A DNA stretch of 64,000 nucleotides from a virus: positions 32,001-96,000 of the IMG/VR virus record IMGVR_UViG_3300042874_000443; one strand, given 5' to 3'. The notes under the pieces are model-generated. The model was given only the letters and a program-made list of their open reading frames with translations, ran no database searches and was not told the origin of the DNA. The translations under genes and the position numbers were made by a program. Each line of letters starts with the position of its first letter. Within the stretch, counting starts at the first letter, position 1. Shown in pieces: positions 43,382 to 53,106 of this stretch.

Positions 43382-45184
43382 TCAACCTACCGCCGGAGGT
43401 CCAGCGGGGGGCGCACCGCCCGTACCACCAGACGGGTCGCCGCCCTGGCGCGACATCGCGATGGCCTGCTGATTCATCTGCGTGGTCTGGTCGTGCAGAC
43501 GTTCCTTCACGACGGCGTACATCACCATGTCTTCGGTCTGCAACGCGTGCATCTGCGACTGGCGCGTGCCGGGGTCGAGGCCCATCAGCTGTTGAACAAG
43601 CTGGTCTGCCTGCGCGATGACAGCCTGCTGGTCGTACGACAACCCTTGCTGCCCCATCTGCGCTTGCGCGCGTGCGCGAGCGCCCAGATCGTTCTGGCGT
43701 TTCTGCATCTCGATCTGCAGCTCTTGCGCGACGCGCGCGTCGTCGAGCGCTTCCTGCATGCGCCACTTCCGCTCGTCGGAGGGGTCGATGTTGAACGTCT
43801 CGCCCATCGTTCGCTTGGAGATCCAGGGTCCTGTCGTTGGGTCTGCGCCGTTGAGCTGGAGGAGCAGCGCCTTCTGTTGCACGTCGTCGATGAAGCGGAA
43901 GGGCGCGAGCGTGACCACGACGGTGCCGCGTCCGAGTTGTTTGGCGGCCTTGTCCGTGACCCACTGCAGGAGGTCGTTGAGGTCACCCGTCTGATGGACG
44001 AGCTGGTTCTCGAGCACACGGAGCTGGATGCCTGAGCCCATCGCCGAGAAGCCGCCGTAGATGAACTCCTTGGGTAGCCCCATCGCCGCGATGATGTTGT
44101 CCTCGGCCGCCTGGACTTCGCCGAGCGTCATGAGCGCGCGGGCCTGACCGCCGAGGTGCGTGACCTCCGCAGGGACTGGCGACCACATGATGTGCAGCGG
44201 GTCGCGGCGCCACTTCTTGACGCTGCTCTTCATCTCGTCTGACCACTTCGCCAGCGAGATCGTCGTCATCGGGTCGGCGTTCGCCGTCGACTGCTTCGGC
44301 GAGATGATGCGCAGCGGGACGATGTAGTCGAGCGCGATCGCTTCGTTCGCCTTGCGGAGCACCGCTGCGTAGAAGAACAGCTTGATCGTCGACGCCAGCG
44401 GCGGAAAGCCCCACTGGGCCTCGATGCCCGCAGGTGCGTCCATGCGCATGTGGAAGACCTGACCCTCGGCGAACTTGAAGATCTTGTCTTCGCGGATCGC
44501 TTCCAAGAACTCCATCGGCATCGTGTCGATGAGGTGCTTGTTCCCCTTGGCGCAGCGTTCCTTAATCTCCTTGGGGATCGTGTAGTAGTACTCGCTGTGC
44601 CCGGTGATGGGGTTGTAGTCGATGTCCATCAACTTCGGGTCCCAGCGGATCACCGAGATGCGGTCCTTGCGCGTGATCTTGCGGTCGACGATGTTCTTCG
44701 CACCGACGTCGACGCGCGTCTTGCAGCCACTGCACTCGTAGTTGAAGGCCAGCTTCTTGAGTTTGAACTTGTAGGTGATCTGCTGGATGTTCGTCAGCGT
44801 CTGGCAACGCGGGCACTTCAGGAAGCGCACGAACGGCGAGTACATCGAGAAGAACGCGTTGCCGTAGACGAACTTGTCAACGGCCGCACGGATCAAGATG
44901 CGCTTGGTCTTGAGCGTCTTGTTGTGGAGGTCCTCGTAGTATTCCTTGAGCGCTTCGTTCTGCGTCTCGTAGACGATGTCCGTGACGGGGTACGTGCAGA
45001 ACTTCTGCAGCGCCGCGTAGATCTGCGAGCTGTTGAAGTAGAGGTATTCGCAGAGGCGGAAGAGGTCCTTCAGCTTCCGGGGCGCGAACGCCGTGAGGAA
45101 GTCGAAGAGCGGGCTGCCGTGCGAAGACACGTTGTGCGTCGCGAGATCAGCGACCCCGGGGTCGAACATTCCATCAGCGGCCAT
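43382..45184 (-). CDS. Portal protein
   Basis: 600 aa; DKFVYGNAF, WGFPPL, IIAAMGLPKEFIYGG portal motifs; CxxC pair insert; Q-rich tail. Confidence 0.8.
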   Translation of the reverse strand: MAADGMFDPGVADLATHNVSSHGSPLFDFLTAFAPRKLKDLFRLCEYLYFNSSQIYAALQKFCTYPVTDIVYETQNEALKEYYEDLHNKTLKTKRILIRAAVDKFVYGNAFFSMYSPFVRFLKCPRCQTLTNIQQITYKFKLKKLAFNYECSGCKTRVDVGAKNIVDRKITRKDRISVIRWDPKLMDIDYNPITGHSEYYYTIPKEIKERCAKGNKHLIDTMPMEFLEAIREDKIFKFAEGQVFHMRMDAPAGIEAQWGFPPLASTIKLFFYAAVLRKANEAIALDYIVPLRIISPKQSTANADPMTTISLAKWSDEMKSSVKKWRRDPLHIMWSPVPAEVTHLGGQARALMTLGEVQAAEDNIIAAMGLPKEFIYGGFSAMGSGIQLRVLENQLVHQTGDLNDLLQWVTDKAAKQLGRGTVVVTLAPFRFIDDVQQKALLLQLNGADPTTGPWISKRTMGETFNIDPSDERKWRMQEALDDARVAQELQIEMQKRQNDLGARARAQAQMGQQGLSYDQQAVIAQADQLVQQLMGLDPGTRQSQMHALQTEDMVMYAVVKERLHDQTTQMNQQAIAMSRQGGDPSGGTGGAPPAGPPAVG

Positions 45185-45236
45185 GGTTTACCTCGCCAAC
45201 ATGTAACATCGTAACGTGATAGAAAGGCCAACACGT

Positions 45237-47222
45237 ATGGGCAAAGCCCTGATGGATGTCCGTGTTGGGCGTGCAGGAAACGGGACCCCCGTGTTCCTGG
45301 TTCCTGGACAGAACCCGACGTTCGGACGCGTCTTCGGCGCGGTGTGGGACACGACACGCGCGCTGTGGATGTACCCCGCGTTCTTCCCCGCGGCCGACAA
45401 GGTGCTCGCAGACCTGCAGACCGTCGCCAGCGACGTCAACGTCGTCATCTCGGACGTCGCTAAACGGCACATCGATTCGCTTGCAGACGTTCGTCGTCGT
45501 GCCGAAGCGAAGGACCTGCCTGCTGATTTTGGGTTCGTCACAGAGCCGTACCAGCATCAGATCGAAGGGCTGTGCCACGTGTTCTACAACATGCGGGCGG
45601 CACTGTTCTACGACCCCGGTCTCGGCAAGTCGAAGATCGCGATCGATCTCCTTCGGCTGCTCCGTCACACCGGCGTCAGGTCCCAAGCGCTGGTGCTCGG
45701 GCCCCGCATCACCGTGCGGAACTGGGGACGTGAGATCGATCGTCACGCAGGCCGCCAACTGTCGTGGATCACCTTGACAGGCACCCCGAAACAGAAACGG
45801 GAAGCCCTCGAGCGCGCGGCCGCGGAGGGTACCGACATGGTTTTGTCGACGTACGACACTGCGAGAAGTTTAGTGGATTTGCTCGTAGAACGGCTGCCTT
45901 ACAGCATTCTCGTCTGCGACGAGAGCCACAACGTGAAGACGTGGCAGTCCGAACGCACCAAAGCGACCTGGGAGATCGCCCAGAAGGCGGTCCGGCGCAT
46001 CCTCATGACAGGGTCACCAACCGAGGGCAATCCGCTCCATCTGTACGGTCCCTACAAGATCTTGGGCGACTGCTTCATGCCCGAGAACTACTTCAAGTTC
46101 AAGAAGACCTTCGTCATCACGCGAGGCCCCAACTCTCCGATCGTAGTCGGTTACAAGAACCTCGACGTCATCAATGCCCGTACGACGTTCTTGTCGCTAC
46201 GACGTACCAAAGAGGAGTGTCTTGACCTCCCCGAGCGCACCTTCGTAGACGTGGACTACGAGCTGTCGCCAGAGCAGGGCACGTCCTACAACCAGATCGT
46301 TACGACGATGGGCATCGACCCCGCGACGCTCAACATGCTCGTCACTGCGATGCGTACTGCCGGCGGTAACGCCCTGCCGATGCCGGCGACACTTCCTCCA
46401 GAGATGGAGATGCCGCACCGTGCAGCGGCGCTCACCAAGCTCTTGCAGATCACGTCAGGATTCCTCGTCAAGAACGAGAAGGACCTCCAGTTCTGTGACA
46501 CCGCTGAACAAGGACAGCAGTGCCGTCATTTGCAGCGATGCATCGAGAACAAGATCCTGCCGCACACGCCTCGCTGTCATGTTGACCAGACGCCATGGCC
46601 TACGTCGCTTACACGGTTCGACGAGAACCCCAAGCTCGACGCGATCATGGAGCTGCTCACGAACATTCTCGAAGTTCCGAAGCACAAGGTCATCATCTGG
46701 TGCGCGTTCCATCCTGAGATGGACTTGATCACGGAGCGCCTGACGACCGCCGAGGTCAAACACGTGCGCGTCGACGGAAACGTCCGTGACCCGATGGTAC
46801 TGGTCGATCAGTTCAATGACGACCCGGATACACGCGTCTACGTCGGACAGGTGACGACAGGTGTCGGGATTACGTTGAATGCTGCAGCGTACATGATCTA
46901 TAGCTCGTTGCCGTATTCGCTCAATTCGTACAACCAGTGTTTGGATAGAAACTATCGCATCGGACAAGGCGAGAAGGTTACGGTGTACCGCATGCTCGGT
47001 CGGTCAACCTTGGAGGCGGCCGTCGCCTACCTGCTTGACCACAAGGTGGATGTCGACTCACTGCTCACGAACAAGATCGAATGCGCGATGTGTCTAAATA
47101 GCATCCGTTGTTTGGCAGAAGGAATCGAGCCATTCGAGACGGGATGTATCTACCCCAAGCGCGTTGATCGCCCCATCGTCAAGGCGTATGCGCTCCCGAT
47201 GTTCCCTGGAGGTTCGCGATGA
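45237..47222 (+). CDS. SNF2-family helicase
   Basis: PYQHQ, DPGLGKS, CDESH, MTGSP, LRRTKEECLDLP, GVGITL, QCLDRNYRIGQ. Confidence 0.92.
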   Translation: MGKALMDVRVGRAGNGTPVFLVPGQNPTFGRVFGAVWDTTRALWMYPAFFPAADKVLADLQTVASDVNVVISDVAKRHIDSLADVRRRAEAKDLPADFGFVTEPYQHQIEGLCHVFYNMRAALFYDPGLGKSKIAIDLLRLLRHTGVRSQALVLGPRITVRNWGREIDRHAGRQLSWITLTGTPKQKREALERAAAEGTDMVLSTYDTARSLVDLLVERLPYSILVCDESHNVKTWQSERTKATWEIAQKAVRRILMTGSPTEGNPLHLYGPYKILGDCFMPENYFKFKKTFVITRGPNSPIVVGYKNLDVINARTTFLSLRRTKEECLDLPERTFVDVDYELSPEQGTSYNQIVTTMGIDPATLNMLVTAMRTAGGNALPMPATLPPEMEMPHRAAALTKLLQITSGFLVKNEKDLQFCDTAEQGQQCRHLQRCIENKILPHTPRCHVDQTPWPTSLTRFDENPKLDAIMELLTNILEVPKHKVIIWCAFHPEMDLITERLTTAEVKHVRVDGNVRDPMVLVDQFNDDPDTRVYVGQVTTGVGITLNAAAYMIYSSLPYSLNSYNQCLDRNYRIGQGEKVTVYRMLGRSTLEAAVAYLLDHKVDVDSLLTNKIECAMCLNSIRCLAEGIEPFETGCIYPKRVDRPIVKAYALPMFPGGSR

Positions 47223-47599
47223 AGATCGTCGTTACGTATGAGGCCGCTGACATCACACGCCTGATTCGCCAAGACATGGCGAAGCAGGGCATCACGACCA
47301 CCGACGGTGACGTCAAGTACGTCAAAGGCAAAGCCGTGGTTTCCGTCGAAGTGTCGAGCGACGATGTCCCGGCGCCGAGCCCTGTTCCGGCGCCCGCGGA
47401 AGAACACGTACGACCTGAAGTGCCCAAGACGGCGCCGCCCAAACTGGAAGCCCTCTCTGGAGGGAACGAACCGTTCGACATGGATGCGATCCATCGCGCC
47501 TCCGCGAAGGTCGCCGCCACCAACCCGGGGAAGTTCCCGGTGCCTGAACGTCAGCTCATGGAAGGGGAGTCGTTCGACTTCCCAGGAGACAAGCGATGA
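47219..47599 (+). CDS. Hypothetical protein
   Basis: ATGA overlaps at both ends. Confidence 0.7.
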   Translation: MKIVVTYEAADITRLIRQDMAKQGITTTDGDVKYVKGKAVVSVEVSSDDVPAPSPVPAPAEEHVRPEVPKTAPPKLEALSGGNEPFDMDAIHRASAKVAATNPGKFPVPERQLMEGESFDFPGDKR

Positions 47600-48510
47600 C
47601 AACTGGAATGGAAGAGGTCGAAGCGTTTCTCGACCCCGATATCGAAGTGCCGCCGGACGTCGAACCCGAACTGATCGACATCTTGCCTCGCGGCTACCTC
47701 TCACCATCGCAAGTCGCGATGTTCCTCAAGTGTCCCAAGTCGTGGGAGCTGGCCTACCTGCAGCACAAGCCCCGCCGTACCGTCGCGCGTATGTTCCAAG
47801 GGATACAGGTCCACAACGCCGTCGAGAAGGTGCTCAAGGGGCGGCTCGAAACGGGCATCCTGCCGTCGCAGGAGATGGCGACGGACGCGTACTCCGACTC
47901 GTTCAACGAAACGAAGAAGCTCATCGAGGACTGGGAGGGTGAAGACGAAGGCGCGGTCAAGGACACCGGCGTGAAGTGCACCAAGGCGTACTACGACGAA
48001 GCCGCACCTGATGCGACGCCGATCGAAGTCGAAAAGACCTTCCACGCGGTGTTCCGTACGTCCGACGGCAAGATCAAGCTGCCGGTACTAGGACGCATCG
48101 ATAGCATCCAGGTGCAGTCGCACACCGAACAGGAGTACCAGGACATCCGAGAAGCGCTCGCGTCGAAGACGCCGAAGAAGCCCAAGCGCGTACATGATCT
48201 GAAGGTGGTCACGGACAAGTGGTCCGAGAGCGACCTGGCCAATGACCTGCAGTTCGCAATCTACGCGGGCGTCGAGCACGTCCCTGATGTGCAGGTCGAT
48301 CAGGTCGTCAAGGGGCGTGCGAAGGTGCCACGTCCTCGCTATGAAAAGCTGACGGGCGTCATCACGGACAAGATGGTCAAGCACGCCGAAGAGGTGGTCG
48401 TGGGCGTGGCGAAGTCCATCGCGTTGGGACACTTCCCGATGACCGATCCCTCCAACTGGTGGTGCGGTGAGAAGTGGTGCTCCATGTGGCGCCATTGCCG
48501 TGGCAAGTAG
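47596..48510 (+). CDS. PD-(D/E)XK nuclease (RecB/Cas4-like)
   Basis: LSPSQ...CP, GIQVH, GRID, HDLK, QFAIY, C-terminal WWCGEKWCSMWRHC. Confidence 0.85.
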   Translation: MTTGMEEVEAFLDPDIEVPPDVEPELIDILPRGYLSPSQVAMFLKCPKSWELAYLQHKPRRTVARMFQGIQVHNAVEKVLKGRLETGILPSQEMATDAYSDSFNETKKLIEDWEGEDEGAVKDTGVKCTKAYYDEAAPDATPIEVEKTFHAVFRTSDGKIKLPVLGRIDSIQVQSHTEQEYQDIREALASKTPKKPKRVHDLKVVTDKWSESDLANDLQFAIYAGVEHVPDVQVDQVVKGRAKVPRPRYEKLTGVITDKMVKHAEEVVVGVAKSIALGHFPMTDPSNWWCGEKWCSMWRHCRGK

Positions 48511-48546
48511 TGGACGCGTGAATCGCGTGCGTGCTACGAGAGGTTT

Positions 48547-48903
48547 ATGACGCAAGCACACGCGAACCAGAAGCCCACCAACCTCGGCGCGCAAGCGGCC
48601 GCTGCTGCAACCACGGGCGGCACCGCCAAGCCGTCGGACGCCAAGACCGATGCCAAGACCGACGCCAAGCCGGCACCGACGCCGCGCAAGAAGGCTGCGG
48701 ACATGACGCCGGCGGAGAAGGAAGCAGCCAAGGCAGAGCGTCTGGCGAAGGCCAAGAAGGTCTTCATCGTCGTGGGCACGGTCCACGAGTTCGACTCGGT
48801 CAACAAGGCCGAGAAGTTCCTCAACGCCGCGGACTCCCCTGCGGAGTACACCGCGATCCGCGGCCTCCGAATCGGCACCAGCAAGAAGGTCTCCCTGCGC
48901 TAG
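48547..48903 (+). CDS. Small Lys/Ala-rich, possibly DNA-binding protein
   Basis: GAGG RBS; DAKT repeats. Confidence 0.65.
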   Translation: MTQAHANQKPTNLGAQAAAAATTGGTAKPSDAKTDAKTDAKPAPTPRKKAADMTPAEKEAAKAERLAKAKKVFIVVGTVHEFDSVNKAEKFLNAADSPAEYTAIRGLRIGTSKKVSLR

Positions 48904-48912
48904 AGTAGCGAC

Positions 48913-49071
48913 ATGGAGAAATTTGGCGTTGACGTAGAGCCCGAAGCCACCAAGACTGCCGCCGCGAAGGCCCACCCGACATGCCCGTCTTGCGACCAAC
49001 CGTTGCTGAAAAACGCCAACGTTCCAACATGCCCGCGATGCGGAACCAAACCGTTCGAGCCAAAGGAATGA
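48913..49071 (+). CDS. 52-aa zinc-ribbon peptide (missed by ORF track)
   Basis: MEKFGVDVEPEATKTAAAKAHPTCPSCDQPLLKNANVPTCPRCGTKPFEPKE*. Confidence 0.7.
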   Translation: MEKFGVDVEPEATKTAAAKAHPTCPSCDQPLLKNANVPTCPRCGTKPFEPKE

Positions 49072-49310
49072 GTCGTAAGCGCGGTAGTCGCAGTGGCGTC
49101 AGCGCGCGCGTCGCCAACGACGTAGCGGGCCGCCTGCGCGACATCCGCGCTGTCTGGTTCGCAGTTCAGAACGATCCCAACAAGACCATCTCGGACGTTG
49201 CGGCGGAGTTCTACTACGCCGTGGGCGAGATCTTGGAAGGGCGTACGCTTCGGTCGCTCTCGCTGCGCAACATCGACCGCGAGCGCGTTCTCGCGCACGC
49301 AGAGGAGTAG
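49068..49310 (+). CDS. Hypothetical protein
   Basis: ATGA overlap at 49068 (MSRKRGSRSG). Confidence 0.6.
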   Translation: MSRKRGSRSGVSARVANDVAGRLRDIRAVWFAVQNDPNKTISDVAAEFYYAVGEILEGRTLRSLSLRNIDRERVLAHAEE

Positions 49311-49314
49311 CTCC

Positions 49315-49467
49315 ATGCGCATCGTAACGCCGGCACGTCTACGTGCCGTCGGTTTCCTATTGCTCGAAGTTGCCGGCGTCGTTCTGCTCATCGCAGACCG
49401 TGTAGGCAAGGACGAGACGCTTCGTACCTCGATCGCTGGGTTGATCAAGAAGGTACGGGCGTTGTGA
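49315..49467 (+). CDS. Small membrane peptide
   Basis: GAGGAG RBS; VGFLLLEVAGVVLLIA. Confidence 0.55.
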   Translation: MRIVTPARLRAVGFLLLEVAGVVLLIADRVGKDETLRTSIAGLIKKVRAL

Positions 49468-49952
49468 GTACCGTGACGCTCGAAGACTTGGCGGACGTCG
49501 ATACAGACGAGGTGTTCAACCTACGTCCACCGCTCAACATCGACCTGAGGCTGTCAGAACATCCGACGCCATCCGTCACCAAGAACCTCGCCAAGCTACA
49601 GAAGCTCGGCATTCTATCCGGCGACACCATCATGTCACTCGTTGGGCAAGCGCCCATCGACCCCATCAATCTGATGGGGACGTTGCTGCAACTTCAGCCT
49701 GAAGGCTGGGCGTTCTCAGCGATCGACTTTTCGATGGTACGTGTGCTCGCACGGAACCCGAAGAAATCCGTGACCGCCGCGTTGCGTGTTGACCTGATGG
49801 GTTCATCCATCTCAGGCCTCGCGCTCAACAAAGCTGGTCAGCTCACCATCTTCAAGACGCTCGAGATCGAACCAGGCCCCGACACCATGACCAACATCCA
49901 GGCACTGTGCGATGAGACCGTCGCCGCATCGGTGCGTGAGACCAAACCCTAG
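49464..49952 (+). CDS. Hypothetical protein
   Basis: GTGA overlap. Confidence 0.6.
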   Translation: MSTVTLEDLADVDTDEVFNLRPPLNIDLRLSEHPTPSVTKNLAKLQKLGILSGDTIMSLVGQAPIDPINLMGTLLQLQPEGWAFSAIDFSMVRVLARNPKKSVTAALRVDLMGSSISGLALNKAGQLTIFKTLEIEPGPDTMTNIQALCDETVAASVRETKP

Positions 49953-49960
49953 GAGACACC

Positions 49961-50428
49961 ATGCAGGTTCAGAGGATCGACAACATGTTCAACTTCACGT
50001 TCGAGAAGTCCGCCGACGAGGTCATCGCTGCTGCCAAGAAGAAGGTGGTCGACGTTCGCAACAAGATCGAGGAGCGCGGCGTACGCATTCAGAAAATGCG
50101 TGCGGAACACAAGGTCACCGATGCCGTGCTCATCGACATCCAGAACCAGATGCGTGCGCAGGACAAGCGCGGCGTCGAGCGGATGTCGTACACGTCGAAT
50201 GCGCAGACGAGCGCGGGTGGCGTCCAGGAGGAAGTGACCATCGGCGCCGGCGTCATCAACTTCTTGATCACCGAGCAGGATCACATGGACGGCGAGAAGG
50301 CGCAGGTCGAACGTCCCGAGACGATCATCCGCAACCTGCGCGACGTCACGGCGTACACGGCCAACGGCACGTCCTACGTGAACAAGTTCAAGGTCGGCTA
50401 CGAAGAGCTGAAGTACCTTGGATTTTGA
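49961..50428 (+). CDS. Coiled-coil hypothetical protein
   Basis: AGGAG RBS; phage-typical codon bias. Confidence 0.7.
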   Translation: MQVQRIDNMFNFTFEKSADEVIAAAKKKVVDVRNKIEERGVRIQKMRAEHKVTDAVLIDIQNQMRAQDKRGVERMSYTSNAQTSAGGVQEEVTIGAGVINFLITEQDHMDGEKAQVERPETIIRNLRDVTAYTANGTSYVNKFKVGYEELKYLGF

Positions 50429-50454
50429 TTAGAAATCCGTCATGATTTCTAGTC

Positions 50455-50889
50455 GTGCCTGTCTGTTCTGCCTGCAAACGTCCCAAGCGAAAGGATCAGT
50501 TCCACTTCGCCAACAAGGCGCGTGGCGAGCGGCACCGCAAATGTAAGACCTGCGCTTGCAAAACAGCGCATCAGTACTACCGAGACAATCGTGACGCTGT
50601 TTTAGTGACAGTCGCCCGACGAACTGTTCGTCGGAAACGTGAATGGCAGCAATGGATCGACGGTCTCAAGGACGCACCTTGTCTTGATTGCGGTGGGCGC
50701 TTTCCAAGCTACTGCATGGACTTCGACCACTGCAGAGGCGGAGCCAAGCGCTATTCAATCTCGGAACTGACGTCTAACCGTCTTTGGTCAAAGACACGCA
50801 TCTTGACGGAAATCGCAAAGTGCGATCTCGTGTGTGCAAACTGCCATCGGATCCGTACACACAAACGACGCAAGACGCACAAGTATTAG
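50455..50889 (+). CDS. HNH endonuclease
   Basis: CSAC...CKTC; CLDCG...MDFDH...KCDLVCANCHRIRT; lower GC. Confidence 0.85.
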   Translation: MPVCSACKRPKRKDQFHFANKARGERHRKCKTCACKTAHQYYRDNRDAVLVTVARRTVRRKREWQQWIDGLKDAPCLDCGGRFPSYCMDFDHCRGGAKRYSISELTSNRLWSKTRILTEIAKCDLVCANCHRIRTHKRRKTHKY

Positions 50890-51677
50890 AGGTACGCGTC
50901 TTCGGTCGAAAGGCCGACACGCGTCTTCAGCTCGTTGTGCAGGAGCTGCATGCCGTTGATCTTGATCTGCCGCACGCGTTCGGGGCACATGCCCATGATG
51001 GCGGCGATCTGCACGAGGTTGCGCGCGTCGTCCTTGACGCCGTAGTAGAGGTTCAACACCGTCTGCTCGCGTGGCGGTAGCCGATCGATTCCTTCACGCA
51101 CGATGGCGCGGAGACGTTCGGCGCCGTAACACGATGTCGGCTCGGCATCGACCACGTCGGGTGTGTGGCGAGCTGCATCGATCGGCATGACGATCCCTTC
51201 AGGGAGTCCGGGGTCCATCGCCATGACCGACTTGCTCTCGGGGCCGTGTTCTTGAACAGCCGCTCGAAACTCCCGCGCCTGCCGGCGCTGTGCTTTCTGT
51301 CGGTGGGCAGGGACGTGGACGAGCGACGCGGTCGTGTAGTCCTGGTTCGACATCTCTTCGTAGATCCACCAGCCGGCGTACGTCAGGAAACGGATGTACG
51401 GCTTGCGTGCCCCGTCGAACTTGTCGGCGGCCTTGAGCAACCCGAGGTTGCCGGCGGCGATGAAGTCCTTGACGGCCTCGGGATCCTTGGTGCGCTTGTG
51501 CGCCATCTTCACGACGAAACGTAGATGGGTTTGCACGATGGCGTCGCGCGCCTTCACGTCCCCTTGCTGTTGCCAGCGACGGATCAGACGTTTTTCTTCC
51601 GCCGCGTCCTCTACGAGAGGGGTGCGTGCGATCTCCGAGTAGTACATCGAAGCGACACGCATCTGGGTTGCAACCAT
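50886..51677 (-). CDS. Sigma70-family RNA polymerase sigma factor
   Basis: YYSEIARTPL (region 1.2), HLRFVV...GNLGLLKAADKFD...RFLTYAGWWI (region 2), LPPREQTVL...ERVRQI (region 4); probable ATG 51677. Confidence 0.9.
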   Translation of the reverse strand: MVATQMRVASMYYSEIARTPLVEDAAEEKRLIRRWQQQGDVKARDAIVQTHLRFVVKMAHKRTKDPEAVKDFIAAGNLGLLKAADKFDGARKPYIRFLTYAGWWIYEEMSNQDYTTASLVHVPAHRQKAQRRQAREFRAAVQEHGPESKSVMAMDPGLPEGIVMPIDAARHTPDVVDAEPTSCYGAERLRAIVREGIDRLPPREQTVLNLYYGVKDDARNLVQIAAIMGMCPERVRQIKINGMQLLHNELKTRVGLSTEDAYL

Positions 51678-51871
51678 GGTTACGGACAACCTACCAAGCG
51701 TTGATCGACTGATCAAATAGTTACGCGTATGGCCACTACCTGTGGGGGCCTCGATCTCGTTTCGTACCCCAGGAATAGCGCCAAGATTTTTCGGATCACG
51801 ATGCTTGCCAAACAAACATGCCGGTCACTAGAGTGGCCCTCCACCTTCACTGCATTCCAAAGGAAAGTGAC

Positions 51872-52942
51872 ATGACGAACGCGAACAACGGGACCTCTGA
51901 CGACAAGCCGGCCGAAGCATCCAAGGCCTTGACTGTAAAGGCTTCTATGGGGGCGCAAGCAGCCCTTCTCGACCCGGCCGAACTCGAGGCTGCGGTCGCC
52001 AAGCGTCGCGATGCCCTCATCGCTCTGGCCGAGGATCAGAGCGTGCCCGAAGAGACGCGCCTGGCCATCAAGACGATCGCGGCGCTGGCCTCGCCCAACA
52101 AGCCGGGCATGGAGGAAATGGTCGCCGCATGGAAGGTGCCGCGCATCAACATCGTGCAGCCGACCACACAGTCCGAGGCCAAGCCCGAGGCCGCCAAGAA
52201 CGGCGATCTCTACACCACGGCGGGACAGTTGTTGGAGCGCCCGTGGGGCGGCATCCCGGTCTACTTCTTCGAAGAGAACATCAACTTCCCGCAGCAGGGC
52301 AAGAACCCGGTGTGCCAGGCGCCCGACGCGAAGCTCGGCTCGCCGTTCGGTGAGTGCTTGAAGTGTCCGCACCTGCCGTTCGGAAAGCAGAACGGTGGTC
52401 GCGGCGATCAGCAGCGCACCGACTGCCAGAACAACATCGTCGCAGTGATGTTGACGGCGGACCTCAAGAACAACCCTGCGGTGTACATGGTCCAGTTCGG
52501 CAAGACGTCGCGCAAGGCGGGCTCGGCGCTGATGTCGCTCGCGGGCCAGCAGACGGCGGTCTGGCGTCAGAGCTACATGCTCTCGACCGAGAAGAAGACC
52601 GGCGACCTCGGCTTGTACTACGTGTACAAGGTCGAGCCGACTGGCAAGGACAACCCGGACCACGTGATGCGTCTCGCCGAGGCGCTCTATGGAATGTACG
52701 TCGCGGGGCGCAAGCTGTTCCTCGCTGACTGGTACGCGCGTCCGGCACGTGCGCCGATGGCGGCGGCCGAAGCCGAAGGCCAGTTCGCAGGTGGCGCGCT
52801 CGATGGCAGCCTCGCAGGTGACGGCGTCGAAGCGGATCTCAGCACGCCGGTCGCGCCTGCAGGCGGTGGTGGCACGACGCCGACGACGCCGGCGCCGGCC
52901 GGATCCTCGAAGGGCGCTCGTTCGTCGAACAAGCCGATGTAG
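51872..52942 (+). CDS. Putative ssDNA-binding/recombination protein
   Basis: PRINIVQ...GDLY...CQAPD...CLKCP..C pattern; flexible tail; lies in replication cluster. Confidence 0.55.
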   Translation: MTNANNGTSDDKPAEASKALTVKASMGAQAALLDPAELEAAVAKRRDALIALAEDQSVPEETRLAIKTIAALASPNKPGMEEMVAAWKVPRINIVQPTTQSEAKPEAAKNGDLYTTAGQLLERPWGGIPVYFFEENINFPQQGKNPVCQAPDAKLGSPFGECLKCPHLPFGKQNGGRGDQQRTDCQNNIVAVMLTADLKNNPAVYMVQFGKTSRKAGSALMSLAGQQTAVWRQSYMLSTEKKTGDLGLYYVYKVEPTGKDNPDHVMRLAEALYGMYVAGRKLFLADWYARPARAPMAAAEAEGQFAGGALDGSLAGDGVEADLSTPVAPAGGGGTTPTTPAPAGSSKGARSSNKPM

Positions 52943-52944
52943 CC

Positions 52945-53095
52945 CTAACGGGCAACGAGACCAAGGAAACGAATAGCCTCGGGATAGTTGATGCTGGGTA
53001 GCGCCCGGTACGGAACAAGCCAATTGGTCGGCGCCCGGAAACTTCGTGACCGTCGGAGAGACGACTGACAGCCGGAAAGACGGCACATTTTTTCA
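52945..53095 (+). ncRNA. Candidate structured RNA with tandem GARAGA-loop hairpins
   Basis: GTCG-GAGAGA-CGAC (53052-53065) and GCCG-GAAAGA-CGGC (53071-53084) then T-tract; CTGGG-TAGCG-CCCGG hairpin upstream. Confidence 0.45.
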
Positions 53096-53106
53096 ACCAA
53101 ACAGAG

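Noticed and set aside
52945-53095. tRNA or hammerhead ribozyme
   Set aside because: No cloverleaf or TTCGA T-loop and no CTGANGA core found
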